Shown here piece by piece: positions 12,350 to 26,240 of a stretch of 64,000 nucleotides of DNA. A program made the position numbers and the translations under genes. Within the stretch, counting starts at the first letter, position 1. Every line of letters starts with the position of its first letter. Location: NCBI RefSeq assembly GCF_009914755.1, contig NC_060933.1; one strand, given 5' to 3'. Source of the DNA: the human T2T-CHM13v2.0 reference genome, Homo sapiens. The notes under the pieces are model-generated. The model had not been told where the DNA came from. It ran no database searches and saw only the letters and a program-made list of their open reading frames with translations.

Positions 12350-13220
12350 TGACAAGCACTGTGCTAGACTGGTGGAGATAAAAAGAAGAATATTAAATTT
12401 CCTGCCTCAAGGATATCATTGTTTATAAAAGAAGCAGACAAACCAACAACTTCAACTTCAAGTGTATAAGGAGGTGTATAAAATATAGCTGAAGATTTAT
12501 GAAGAGTGGTTGACTCAGCCTCAGGGAACACATGGAAGTATATTTCAGGTAGAAGGAATAACGTGAGCAAAGATGTTAGAGAAGCAAGGAGTTGACTGTA
12601 GCTTGAGAATATATCTCAATGGAGCCAGGAGAGTTGCTGCTGGAAAGATGGGCTGGAAAGCCACCTGTGAAAGGCTGTGCATGTGATGTCACAGTGTCCT
12701 CCACGGGGCTCAGGGGGACACAGTTCATTATCTTAGAAGATCACGCTGATAGTATTGGGGAAGTAGAGGCTGGGACAGGAGGGCTGTTTTATAGGGTGAC
12801 AGTAATCCAGGTGGGAGATGGCAGTAATGCTCACATGAGATAACAGTGAAGGCATTGGAGAGGAGGAGACAGGCAGGTGTTTCAGGAGTTAAAATACAGA
12901 ACTTGGTGACCTGTGAGTGTTTGGCCTCTTAGAGTCTTTGTTGTCACACACATATTCCCTGTCCAAAGGCACAACACTATTTTAAGTAATACTGAAAGGT
13001 CTTCAGGGCACAGAGATCTGCAGTGAAGTCATATTGTTAAGTCCTCTATATGTAGGATAAAGCAGTTTGAAGAGTTTTGAAGCATGTAATGATCATCCAT
13101 TCATCCAACAAATACCCATTGGAAGCCTACAAAGTGCCAAGTTCAGATTAGGTACTTTGGATACAGCAACAGAGAAAAAACATGGTTCCTGTTCTCATGC
13201 TGCCTACATTCTAATGAAAG
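12350..13220 (-). mobile_element. L2 fragments
   Basis: catccattcatccaacaaatacccattggaagcctacaaagtgcca (reverse L2 3' end); agcactgtgctagac; agtaatccaggtgggagatgg. Confidence 0.7.
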
Positions 13221-14310
13221 AAAGACATCTCAAACACCCCTAGTTTAAAAACAAAACAAAACTTTTAAATATTTCCAGAACCAAGATGCTGTTAATCAAA
13301 TTGTGAATGATTTTGTAAGAATAAATTGGTTGCCTTTAGATAAGACATTTATCAAGGGTGATATATGAATAACAGTGGTTAAATGAACAATTAAGCCACT
13401 GTGATAAATGAGAGGCAAATCTTTCTTAGGTGGAAATTAAAAGTGTAGAGGCTAACCCATTCCATGTCATAATTTATTCGAAACACTTTCTACTCAGCTA
13501 AAAATAACAAGCCTAGCTGTATTGAAATTGTAATATTGCTTATTTTTGTGGACTAGTGACCTTCTTTAAGAACTAAACATATAATTGTTTACTAGTATCT
13601 GAAAGGCAAAAGTAGAAAGGCAGATTGCTCTGTGTTGTACAAATGCATAATTTTCTGAGAAATTATGTTTCAATAGCTTTTTAAAATGCTTGCAAATCCT
13701 ATTTTAGTATGATTTGTATTAGTATTTCACAAAAAAAAATCTTCCCAATTGGCTTTTTATTTCTTCAAGGGCATTTTCATATTATACCAATGAAATAAAA
13801 ACTATATTATTTAGATGTATTTAAAGTTTGCCTGTGTATGATTAAGACTTCCAAATATGCGAAATATACCCAAATGCAGCAATCTAGCAAATAGCTGTAA
13901 ACCTCAGAATATAATTTTCTTTCAGTGAATTGGATTTGACTAAGACTGCGAGGATGCCAGGAACCACTTCAGAACTGAAGAGGTGTTGACCTTTCTAGCT
14001 TGGTATCCATTCCTTGAGGTCTGAAAAGAGGAAATAATGTACAACCTCAGGTCAAACAAGTCAGTGTCAGGGCACTGAGGCCTTAGCTCCAGCATCCCAT
14101 TAATTCAAATGTTATTGCCGTGTCTATTTTCATTAGCAAAGCAGCAGCCCCCTTCTCCCCACAGGTAGAGCTGCCTGACCATCTTGGGTCTCAGCAGGAG
14201 TGAGCAGAATGCAGGTGATCCGCTTCATTTTAGGTCCAGCAATAGCTTCTCTTTCAATATAGATCATATTTATGTAACTAATGGCTTGTGTCCCCAAAAA
14301 AGTGTATTAG

Positions 14311-14656
<346 letters not shown>

Positions 14657-15614
14657 TGAAAAAAACATGCTTTATGCCTTCAAGGCTATTTTATGCTTGC
14701 TTTAGGTAAGAACAGTGATCAGATTTATAATCAAGTAAATCTGATATAATGATTGATGCACCTTAGTTGGCTTATTGACCATTATGATACACCTATCAGT
14801 CTGCTTTTTTAGTACTGCCTTAAAATGGATAGGATTGCTTTCTTAGACCCAAAGAAAGCATTTTTATTGCCTTTTTCAATTTTCTTTATTTTTGTCATGG
14901 TAATACATATATATGGCAATCAATAAAACAGTAATATTCCTGAATAGTAACAATGTCTCACCTTGGTTTTCACCCCAATGCCAGCTCTTCAAAGGAAACT
15001 TGTTTTCAATTCTTCCAAAAATCTGAACAAATGCATATACCTCTGTTTCTTGATTTATCAACTTAATAAAATATCCATAGACTCTGCTGTGAAAGATGAG
15101 GATTTAACTCATTTTTGTTAACTTTCCAATTTGATTGTTGGGTTATTAAAATACACAATTAAGCAGTAGAAGAAGTTAAAATAATGAGAGAGGAAATAAA
15201 TATATTTTCTCCACCTAAGGATGAGGATATTAGGGATATCAGTGTCCCTATTCATTCCACTGTTCTCTCCTCCCTGCTCCTGCTTCTCACAATCTTCTTA
15301 TTGTCACAAGTTTGTCAATATTTTTACTCTTAATAACTAACCCTTTTCTGCTTTATCCATAGGTTGATTCTAAATATTCAGAACCAGTAACACCTTTTAT
15401 GTCACTTTCACAGTGTAAATATTGTTCCTAGCTATTCATATTCTAAGATTGCATTTCTTTTCATCCCGATGAGTTTCACAAGCTCTGGTGCAGTCAGAGA
15501 AGAATGTTTCTAAGGGTTGTTGGGTGGATAAATGACTTAATCCATGTAAAGGGCTTAGAACAATTTCTGGTAGAGTAAGTCTTCAATAAGCCCGTCCCAG
15601 CATTATTATTAGTA

Positions 15615-15787
15615 CTGTATTTCATTACATCTGAAATGTCACTGACTGTAAGCAGTATTATTATTTTATGTTCCGCAAAGAAAGAAAAAAGCATGCTACC
15701 GATTAAACTATAATCCCCAGGAATTTAGAGACAAATCTCACAATTACTAAAATGTGCAGAAGTGTATCTTAGAATCAGTGAAATATA
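15615..15787. mobile_element. Tc2/mariner MITE (MER104-like)
   Basis: Imperfect terminal inverted repeats (ta)ctgtatttcattacatctgaaatg ... tatcttagaatcagtgaaata; ~175 bp. Confidence 0.5.
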
Positions 15788-16126
15788 TTTTTGTTTTGTT
15801 ACTTTGTGTGTGTGTGTTTTCCTAAAGCTTTTGGTAGCCTTTCTTGACAAGAGAACAGTGTTCCTTCACCATATTTGTTTGGTGCCCATGAGATTCCCAA
15901 GCTGGTTTCCTGCTACAGTTTGGACTAATTGATTTACCCTAAACCTAAGTTGATCCCCCAACCCTGAGGTTTTCCCTGCGTTGATCCACTGTTCCCCTAA
16001 CTTCATGTTTCTTCCTTTTTCCCCCTTGTTTTGGTGGAATCCATCAATAATTTCCCAAGAATGGATTGGTAGGAAGTAACTTTTGGAGTCCTTAAATTGC
16101 TGAAAATTTCTTTCCTCTAATATGAC

Positions 16127-16257
16127 TAAAAAAAAAAAAATACAGGTCAGATCTCACTATGTTGCCCAGGCTGGTTTTAAACTCTTAGGTTCAAGCAGTT
16201 CTCCCACCTCAGCCTCCCAGAGCGCTAGGTTTACAGGCGTGAGCCACCGTGCCCAGC
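16127..16257 (-). mobile_element. Alu monomer (FLAM-like)
   Basis: Antisense monomer; TSD ctctaatatga. Confidence 0.9.
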
Positions 16258-16480
16258 TCTCTAATATGATTGAAAGAGATCCGCAATGCTTGTTCCTTTT
16301 GCAAGGGTTATAGCTACAAAAACTCCCACATCTTTTTGAGAATTTTAATTAGAAATTTTTAAAAAGTGATCTTCTGTTATTGAGTGATCTTTTCCTTTGG
16401 TTTTTCTGTTCCTTTTCCCTCATTTTTCTGATTCTCCCAGTTTTCTTCTGATGCCTTGTCTACTTGTTTGTTCATATTTA

Positions 16481-16823
<343 letters not shown>

Positions 16824-17264
16824 TTATGTCCTACTAGGCCTGAAAGTAGGATGGGATATATTGTGAAAAGTAGGACGGAACAAGTTGATTGGCAGGGCTG
16901 CCTTTCCAGAGCAGGTAGAGAGCTGGCACTTGGTCAGCAGGCCTCCAGTGACAGGGCTCAGATACCAGTACCCACGATAGAGGTCTTGATTCTCCCATGT
17001 GATAGGTACCATTTCCTTAGCAAAGTTCCTTCTGACTTTTTTCTGGAAAGGGGCTGGGGTAGGATAGTGGGGAGTAGGGATGTCCTGGCTGGTATAGCCA
17101 TTATAAGTTTTTCATTAGTCTCCTGGATTCAGATCCACTTGTTACTGCCACCCTCTCTTACCAGTTGTCCCTGAGCCCGGAGCCTTTCCATGGTTCCAAC
17201 AGATGACTGGCTTCCACCTTGGATGCAGCCCCTGCATAGTGTGATGTGGTCCCTCATACTGCCA

Positions 17265-17405
17265 TGTGTGGTCCCCTGACCATTGGCATCACCTGGGGGC
17301 TTGCTTAAAATGCAGAATTTCAGGCCCTAGGAGACCTACTGAATCAAAATCTGCATTTTAATGAGGTCCCTGAATGATTTTATTCACTTTAAGATTTGAG
17401 AGCAG
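17265..17405. mobile_element. MER5A
   Basis: gtgtggtcccctgacc...catcacctggggg...aaaatgcagaatttcaggccc...gacctactgaatcaaaatctgcatttt. Confidence 0.85.
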
Positions 17406-17505
17406 TTCAAGGCTACAGTTTCATTGCTGTGTCTTAATTTTTAACACATGCCATCAAGTCTCCTCCAAAGCTTTGTTAGAATCCTCATGAGGTGACAACT
17501 CCTGA

Positions 17506-17830
<325 letters not shown>

Positions 17831-18264
17831 AGACACCATTCTTTAACCTCTTGCTAACCATGGCAGACCTCAGAACATTTCGGGCAGTAGTTACTGAGGG
17901 TGGAGGTAGGGGCCAACGTAATGATGAAACATTGAATTTTGAAACATGTAGTTGGTCCTAGTGAATAAAGTTCAGGCATTTTCTCTTACAGCAAAATTTC
18001 ATAATTGTGTATAATGTGATTGATTGATTAAGGAAGTTGATATGTCTAATGCAGATTACCATTAATTATAATTCACCTTACTGTCACCCTGACATCCAGC
18101 TTCTCTAGGAGCCTTTGGGCTTTGTGCATTATAATTTTGAAGGTGACAGGAATATCTAAGAACTCTGCTCTGTTACTCCTGGTGGTGATAAGGAAAAGAA
18201 GGGCTGTAACTCATGAGCAAAACTTAAATGCATTGAAATGCTGGATTTACTTGGTGATGGTTTA

Positions 18265-18562
18265 GCTTTTTTATTTTTTCGAGACAGAGTCTCGCTCTGT
18301 CGCCCAGGCTGGAGTGCTGTGGTGCCACCTCGGCTCACTGCAAGCTCTGCCTCCCGGGTTCGTGCCATTCTCCTGCCTCAGCCTCCTGAGTAGCTGGGAC
18401 TACAGGTGCCCACCACCACGCCCGGCTAATTTTTTTGTATTTTTAGTAGAGACGGAGTTTCACTGTATTAGCCAGGATGGTCTCGATCTCCTGACCTCAT
18501 GATCCGCCCGTCTCGGCCTCCCACAGTGCTGGGATTACAGGCGTGAGCCACCACACCTGGCT
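18265..18562 (-). mobile_element. AluY-like
   Basis: Diagnostic gcaagctc, gccattctcc, aggatggtctcgatctcc; TSD tggtttagctttt. Confidence 0.93.
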
Positions 18563-18789
18563 GGTTTAGCTTTTATGGCTATATACTTAAAGCAATAAAA
18601 ACTACTTTTAGTATTGGAATTCATATAAGAAAAAATAATTTTGCTATTATATATTTAAAACCATAACTTCATTCCCTCTTATTTTTTATAGAAGTATTTA
18701 TTTTTAATTCAATATTTGATAAGTGGATTTTTTTTTAAGGAATGTAACTGTCATGTTAGACTACATATTATTCTTAAAAAGCAGCATGA

Positions 18790-19555
18790 GGCCAGATGTG
18801 GTGGCTCATGCCTGTAATCCCAGCACTTTGGGATTCTGAGATTGGAGGATCGCTTGAGCCCAGGAGTTTGAGACCATTCCGGGCAACACAGAACTTGTCT
18901 CCACAAAAAAAAGAAAAGAAAATTTACAATGTGTGGTAGTGTGTGCCTGTGGTCCCAGCTTCTTTGGAGGCTGAGGTGGGAATGTTATATATAAAGTTAC
19001 GGTGCCACAAAAGGAATAGCACTCGAATATAAAATTTTCTTTTTAATTCTCAGCAATGCAAGTGACTTCTATAGAAGGGTGCCCCCTTACAGATGGAGCA
19101 ATGGTGATCTCACGCTTGGACAAGGGAGGGAAAGGGGTTCTTATCCCTGACGCACGTGGCCCTTGCTGCTGTGTCGTTCCTCTATTGGCTAGGGTTAGAC
19201 CGCACAGGCTAAACTAATTCTGATTGGCTAATTTAAAGAGAGTGACAGGGTGAGTGGTTTGGTAGGAGTCAGGGCAGAGCAGGTAGCAGGTAACTGGAAT
19301 GAGTTAGGGTGGAGCAGGTGATCGGAATGAGGGTGGAGTAGGTAATCGAAAAAGGTTGCTTTACGAGGAAGTTAAGTTTAAAAGTAGAAGACAAAGAATT
19401 GAACATACTGACATATTAATTCTTTGAAAAGAAATTTAGAACTCATATCTAACAGGGAGATTGCCTGAGCCCGGGAGGTTGAAACTGCAGTGAGCCCAGA
19501 TCACACCACTGCACTCCAGCCTGGGCACCAGAGGGAGACCCTGTCTCAAAGAAAG
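18790..19555 (+). mobile_element. AluJ split by an LTR insertion (18790-18982 and 19455-19555)
   Basis: The Alu right arm breaks at ctgaggtgggaa and resumes at gggagattgcctgagcccgggagg. Confidence 0.92.
18983..19454 (-). mobile_element. Solo LTR of the LTR10 family (HERV-I/ERV1, LTR10F-like), 472 bp
   Basis: TGTTA...TAACA termini. Minus strand starts TGTTAGATATGAGTTCTAAATTTCTTTTCAAAGAA. 5-bp flanks GGGAA/GGGAG; two CCAAT boxes; internal short tandem array. Confidence 0.85.
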
Positions 19556-19559
19556 AAGC

Positions 19560-19790
19560 AGTATAGCAGTTAAGCATAGAATTTAGATAAGACTGCTTGG
19601 TTTCAACACTTCTACCCATGTCACTTTGGGCAAATTACTTAAGCTTTCTGGTCCTCAGTTTCATCATTTATAAAACAAGGAAAGTCATAGTATGTTTTAA
19701 TGGGTCATTGTAAGGAACAAGTTAATCAAAGTAAAGCACTTAGAGAGAAGTGCCTGATACGTAGTCAGTGATTGATAACTATTAGCTGCT
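19560..19790 (+). mobile_element. MIR
   Basis: tgtcactttgggcaaattacttaagctttctggtcctcagtttcatcatttataaaa. Confidence 0.85.
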
Positions 19791-20739
19791 GCTACCATAA
19801 GTTGGAAGTACTTTAGTAGCAATGCAGGATGGGAATTGTAGTTTTTATTTGTCATCCTGGTTCAGGATTTGAAAATAAGTAAGATAACACCTTAATAGAA
19901 GAGAGGTAGCCTGGGTAAGATAGTGCTAAAACCTAGAAAATTCCCTTTTGGCGACAAGTAATTGGATCTGAGTAGCAGCCACACTCTGAAATGGGACAGG
20001 TGGTTTTCAGGTAATGGGACAACGGAATACCATGTGGTAGAAGGAATGAGGTATGTCTATATGTACTGAATGGGCTTGTGTCAATTTTGCTACTGTTGTG
20101 CTAAAACTGTCAAAACTATGTATATAATAGCCCATTTTTATGAAAGAAAAAAAGCTGTTTGTTTTAGTACACATAGAAAAAGGTTGACAAGGATCACACT
20201 AAATAGTTTATGGTAGTTACTCCTGAAGAGTAGGAATTGAAAGAGTTTTGAGGTGGGATACTTTTTATTCTATGTACTTTTTTTTGGTTTTAATTTTTGT
20301 AATGATGTGTATTGCCTTTTAAAATTAAATTTAAATTAAAAACAAAATCTTTTTACATGACAGAAAGCAAAGGGGCTCACACATCCCTTTTTTGCACCAC
20401 TCAATGTTATTGTCAGGGTTCCAGCTCTGCCACGTAGTGGAACTAAACTGCAGGTTCTGAATATACATCAGTAACCCCCTTGAATGTGAAATTCATGCAG
20501 CTTGGCCCATAACCAGTTCCCGGCCACGAACTAAAAGGCCACGGAGGGGGTCAGTGAAAGCTGAAAATTGTCTTATACAAGGTGATGGCAGATTTAACAG
20601 CAGCTGGACCACATGCCCACCTTTTAGGGGGGCTTAGATTACTGGTCTAAAAACTAACAACATTTGAAAGAATTGTTCCATAATTGGGGTGGATAAAGAG
20701 TTTATGTCTGACCAGGGATGGAGGGGTGCAGTGGGACTA

Positions 20740-20890
20740 TATTTGTTTTTTTGTTTTTGTTTTGTTTTGTTTTTTGAGACAGGGTCTTCCTCTATCACCC
20801 AGGCTGGTCTTGAACTCCTGGCTTCAAGCAGTCCTCCCACCTTGGCCTCTGAAAGTGCTGAGTACAGGTGTGAGCCACTGAGCCCAGCCT
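20740..20890 (-). mobile_element. Alu monomer (FLAM-like)
   Basis: Antisense monomer with (TTTTG)n tail. Confidence 0.9.
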
Positions 20891-21011
20891 ATATTTGTAG
20901 AGTTAGTAAGTAAAACAAGTTGTCAAGATCCAGAGATGGGCAGAAACTAAGGGCTTCAGATAATTCTTGTGACAGAATACCCTCCTCAAGCACCAACTGC
21001 AAGGGAGACTT

Positions 21012-21343
<332 letters not shown>

Positions 21344-21439
21344 AAGGGAGACTTTTAAATGTAGTATAGTTGGAAAGTTCTGGAAGGTGGGAAGACAGAT
21401 TTTGCTGGACAGCAGCAATTTCTGCCAAATGTTTTCCAA

Positions 21440-22190
21440 TTTACAGAGATATAATCCATACCATAAAATACATCCTTTAAAGTGCACAATTAAAATGAAG
21501 TATACAATTCAGTGGTTTCAAGTATATTGTTGTGCTGCCATCAGCACTGTGTAATTCCTGAACATTTCATTACCCCATTGCCTCTCTTACTCCCTCCTCA
21601 GCCCCTGGGACCCCCTAGTCTATGGATTTGCCTATTCTAGACATTTTATGTAAGTGCAATTGTACAATAGGTGTACAATGTGGTTTCTTAGCATAATGTT
21701 TCAAGATATACCTGTGTTATAGTATCTATCAGTACTTCATTTCTTCTTACAGCTGAATAATATCCCTCATACACAGATACATCACACTTTGTTTATCCAT
21801 TCAGGAAGTGATGGGTATTTGGGTTGTTTTCACATTTTGGCTATTATGAATAATGCTTTGCTATGAATAGTCATATACAGGCTCTTGGGTGGATAGGTTT
21901 TTCAATTATCTTGGGGATATACCTAGGAGTGAACTTGATAGGTCGTATGCTAACGATTTTAACTTTTTGATGAATTACCAATCAAATTGTTTTCCTAAGT
22001 GGTTGTGACATTTTACATTCCCACCAGTAATGTATGTGGGTCCAGTTTCTCCACATCCCTGCCAACATGTGTTGCTATCTGACTTTTGATTATAGGCATC
22101 TTAGTGGTGTGAAGTGGTACCTCATTGTGGTTTTAATTTGCATTTCTCTAACAATCTTGAGCATCTTTTTATGTGTTTCTGCTATATTTA
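21440..22190 (-). mobile_element. L1MB-like 3' fragment
   Basis: Minus strand EMQIKTTMRYHFTP; L1M 3' UTR motifs. Confidence 0.85.
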
Positions 22191-22557
22191 ATATAAGAGT
22201 TTTAAAACATAGGGACATCCATATATTTTCACTTAAGTTAGCAGTGATCAATATTAATATTTTCACTTTACCTGTGATACATAAATAAACCTGTTTCTGA
22301 CCTCCTTCATATCTCAAAGTGATTGATAGAAGCAGAATTTTATTAATTTCCATATAAAAGGACACATAACTGTGACAATAATAGAAAAACAATTAGATAC
22401 AAGATAATCCATAATGAAGTGACGAAGCTATAGCACTGAGTTATAGCACTGAGTGATAAGGCTCAATGCTCTCCAAGATAGTCACACAGTGATCCATTGC
22501 GGTGCCAGCAGAAAACATTAGATTTCCTGATTTTTATTTAATCTAAGAAATTAAGCT

Positions 22558-22872
22558 GGCCGGGTGCAGTGGCTCACACCTGTAATCCCAGCACTTTGGG
22601 AGGCCAAGGTGGGTGGATCACCTGAGGTCAGGAGTTCGAGACCAGCCTGGCCAACGTGGTGAAACCCCATCTCTACCAAAAACACAAAAATTAGCCGAGT
22701 GTGGTGGTGCATACCTGTAACCCCAGCTACTGGGGTGGGGTGGGGGTAGGCGGAGCTGAGGCAGGAGAATCACTTGAACCCAGGAGGCAGAGGTTGCAGT
22801 GAGCTGACATCATGCCACTGGCATCCAACCTGGGCGACAGAGTGAGACTCCATCTAAAAAAAAAAAAAAAAA
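22558..22872 (+). mobile_element. AluS with an internal G-run insertion
   Basis: Dimer; TSD aaattaagct; non-consensus tggggtggggtgggggtaggcgg at ~22731-22753. Confidence 0.96.
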
Positions 22873-22935
22873 AATTAAGCTTTACTAACATTTAATATAT
22901 TGATTGGCAGTAGCACTTATACATAGTGTAAATAA

Positions 22936-23341
<406 letters not shown>

Positions 23342-24429
23342 TGAGAATTTTTTTAAAATAACTCAATTATTACTTAATTTTTCACCCTTCATTTAGCAGG
23401 GAAAATAATACCTCTTATTCTAGAGTATACTGTTTCTATGAATCTGACTTTAGAGTTTGATTCAAAGAATATAAATATATCTTTTTAAAAAATAGTACCT
23501 AAAATTATATTTTACAGAATATTTTTAGTCTCTAGGATATATTATTAAGATTTATGTTACAGGTTACTAGCTTTTTAACACTTTGTATACTGTTAGAATT
23601 AATGCTACTAAATTATTATTCTGTGTTATGGAAGGCAACCATCTCATAATTGAAAGAAAAGCTTTCTTTTCCTGTTTTGCCTATACTTATAAATGAGTAT
23701 AGAATGCTAATCCATATAGGAAAATACCTAACTTTTTTTCTCTATAGTGTCATGGAACAACATAATTTTTATTTTATAATGAACTTCTCAAAAATATGTG
23801 TTGCTATTGTCCACTGACCCACTTAGAAATCAGCATCCTCCTATCCATTAGGTTATTACTTCTTGGGTGGAATTTAATGAATATTAATAGCCTAACTCAG
23901 AAGAGAAGCAGGTAATTTATTATAGCTTTGTGCATTTCCATTTTTATGTGTTATCTGTTTTCCTTTTGCTTTATGTGCCATACATCTTTTGTTTCAAATT
24001 GATTAATAATACCTTTTTGTTTTTGATTTGTACTATGCATTTTTAGTAAAAGATGCCTTCATATTTTGATCCTTACTGATTAATATATGCAATAAATGTA
24101 GATATGTAAATTGAGTAAATTTAAAGGAAGGAATGGTTTCTAATCAAATGTTTGTAATAACTATTTCTGTTGTGGTATAGTAACAGTATTTCATCTCTTA
24201 AATTCATCAGATGTTATCTCTAATGTTTTGTTAGAGTTTGTTCTCAGTCATTGCAGCCATAAAATTTCAGCAAACTTGTGAAAAACACCTTTCAGATACT
24301 CAGTTCTGACTGTCATACTGATGAACTGTTAACAAAGGTGATCTTATTTAACTTCCCAGACTCCTCTTCAGTCTGCAGAGTCATATGCTGTTGGCTCTCT
24401 GTGATTACTACATGCAAAATAGCAATAAT

Positions 24430-24650
24430 AATAGCCCACACTTCTAGTGTGCTTATTATCTCACTAATTATTTATGTTAACTCAGTTCTCACAACTCTCT
24501 GAAGATAGGACTATAATTAACTCCATTTCACAGATAAAGAAACTAAGTCACAGAAAGATTAGAGTTACTGGAGGTCACACAGTAAGAAGCACGGAAAGCT
24601 GGAATTTTGATCCAGGTGGTTTGATTCCCAAATTTATGCTCTTAACCAGT
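24430..24650 (-). mobile_element. MIR
   Basis: ctccatttcacagataaagaaactaagtcacaga...ggtcacacagta. Confidence 0.8.
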
Positions 24651-25049
24651 AGGCCCCCTTGCCATGGTGATGCTTCTCTTACATGTCTCAGCATCCTCCC
24701 TCTTGGCTGTTCCAGGACATGGGCCAACTTTCCCTGAGTTTGCTTTATTCCTCCAAAAACTTCATTGCCAAAACTTCTCCTCCTGCTCTTCTTTTTCTTG
24801 TTCCAATCTCTAACTCCTTCGTTAGATGGAAATCAGAGTGTTTAACAGTTGAGGGAGACACGTACAGACATGCTTAAAACAATGCCTACCATGTTGAGAT
24901 GCTGAATATGTTTTTGTTGAATGTTGAAGCAAATATGCAAATAGTAAAGTTTCTAGAAATGAAAAAGGAGATCACTTTCATTTTCTTTGTTTTCTTTTGG
25001 CTTTATATTTTTCTTATATAGTTTTAGTGTTTCTTTTCTGATAATCAAG

Positions 25050-25700
25050 TTAATTCACTTATTTAACAAATATTAACTAATGAGTGCCTGCTATTCATTT
25101 CTTGAACCATGGATGAAACAGTGGGGAAAAAAAGGTTCCTTGCATTCTAGTCTGGGCTCCTCACAGAGCTTACTTAATGTTATAGACGTTAATCAAGTAG
25201 TCATAGAAATAGATAATTATAAATTGTTAGACATGCTGTGGTAGGAAAAAGCGGAGAATTTGTTGGCATAAGGAGAGGATAATGGAAGATTTTTTTTTAA
25301 GGAAGTGACATTTGACCTGAGAATGAAGGATGAGAGGTTTGGAAATGGAGGCCAGGAGTGTATTCCTGATGAGGGGCCAGCTCGTGCAAATGCTTTGAGA
25401 GAGAAGATGCCTTAAGATACTGAAAGGAAAGCATATTTGAAAACTTGCATTGAGGCCACTGTCGTTGGCATGGAGGAAACCATGTGAGCTTATTTTCAGA
25501 TGCGACTGGTGAGGTGACCAGAGCCTTGTGGATTGAGATACTGAAGATTGAAGTTTCACTTAAGGACAATAGGAATTCAGGGAAGGAATTTAAGCAGGGG
25601 AGTGACATGGACAAACTGGGAATCCAGAAAGCTCATACACTCAGGCTGCTGTGTGGAGAACATTTTGAATGAGGGCAAGAGTGAGCATAGGGAATTCTCA
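25050..25700 (-). mobile_element. L2 fragment
   Basis: ttcacttatttaacaaatatt...gagtgcctgct; ggaagtgacatttgacctgagaatgaaggatgag; tttaagcaggggagtgacatg. Confidence 0.8.
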
Positions 25701-25964
25701 GTAGCTAAATAAGGAATTTCTGTGTCACCCATGGAAAATAAATCCAATGCCAAACCCTTATTCAAGTCTTAAAATCTGTAATTTTATATGATCAAAAGGA
25801 ATACATCAGAAATATCCAGGCATTACTATGTTAATAGTAGTTTTTCTCTTGGAACATGTCACAAAGCAGTATATCCTGAGAAAAAACAAGACACACAAGA
25901 AAACTGAAGTGTATAATTAAGACAGAATGGACTAGACTCTTGGTAATTAAAGAGTACTATTTTT

Positions 25965-26240
25965 AGGCCAAGCATGGTGGCTCACACCTGTAATCCTAGC
26001 ACTTTGACTTTGGGAGGCCTGGGTGGGAGGATCGCTTGATGCCAGGAGTTTGAGACCATCCCAGCCTGGATAACATAACAAGACCCCATCTGTACAAAAA
26101 ATTCAAAAATTCGCTGGGTGCAGTAGCGTGTGCCTGTAGTTCCAGCTATTGGGAAGACTGAGACAGGAGGATCGCTTGAGCCCAGGAGTTCGAGATTACA
26201 GTGACTGAGCCACTGCACTCTACCCTTGGTGACAGAGTAA
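25965..26240 (+). mobile_element. AluJ
   Basis: Dimer motifs (ggatcgcttgag) with a small right-arm deletion. Confidence 0.93.

Noticed and set aside
20537-20555. CTCF-like ggccacggagggggtcag
   Set aside because: Spacing and the terminal GGC do not fit the core consensus.
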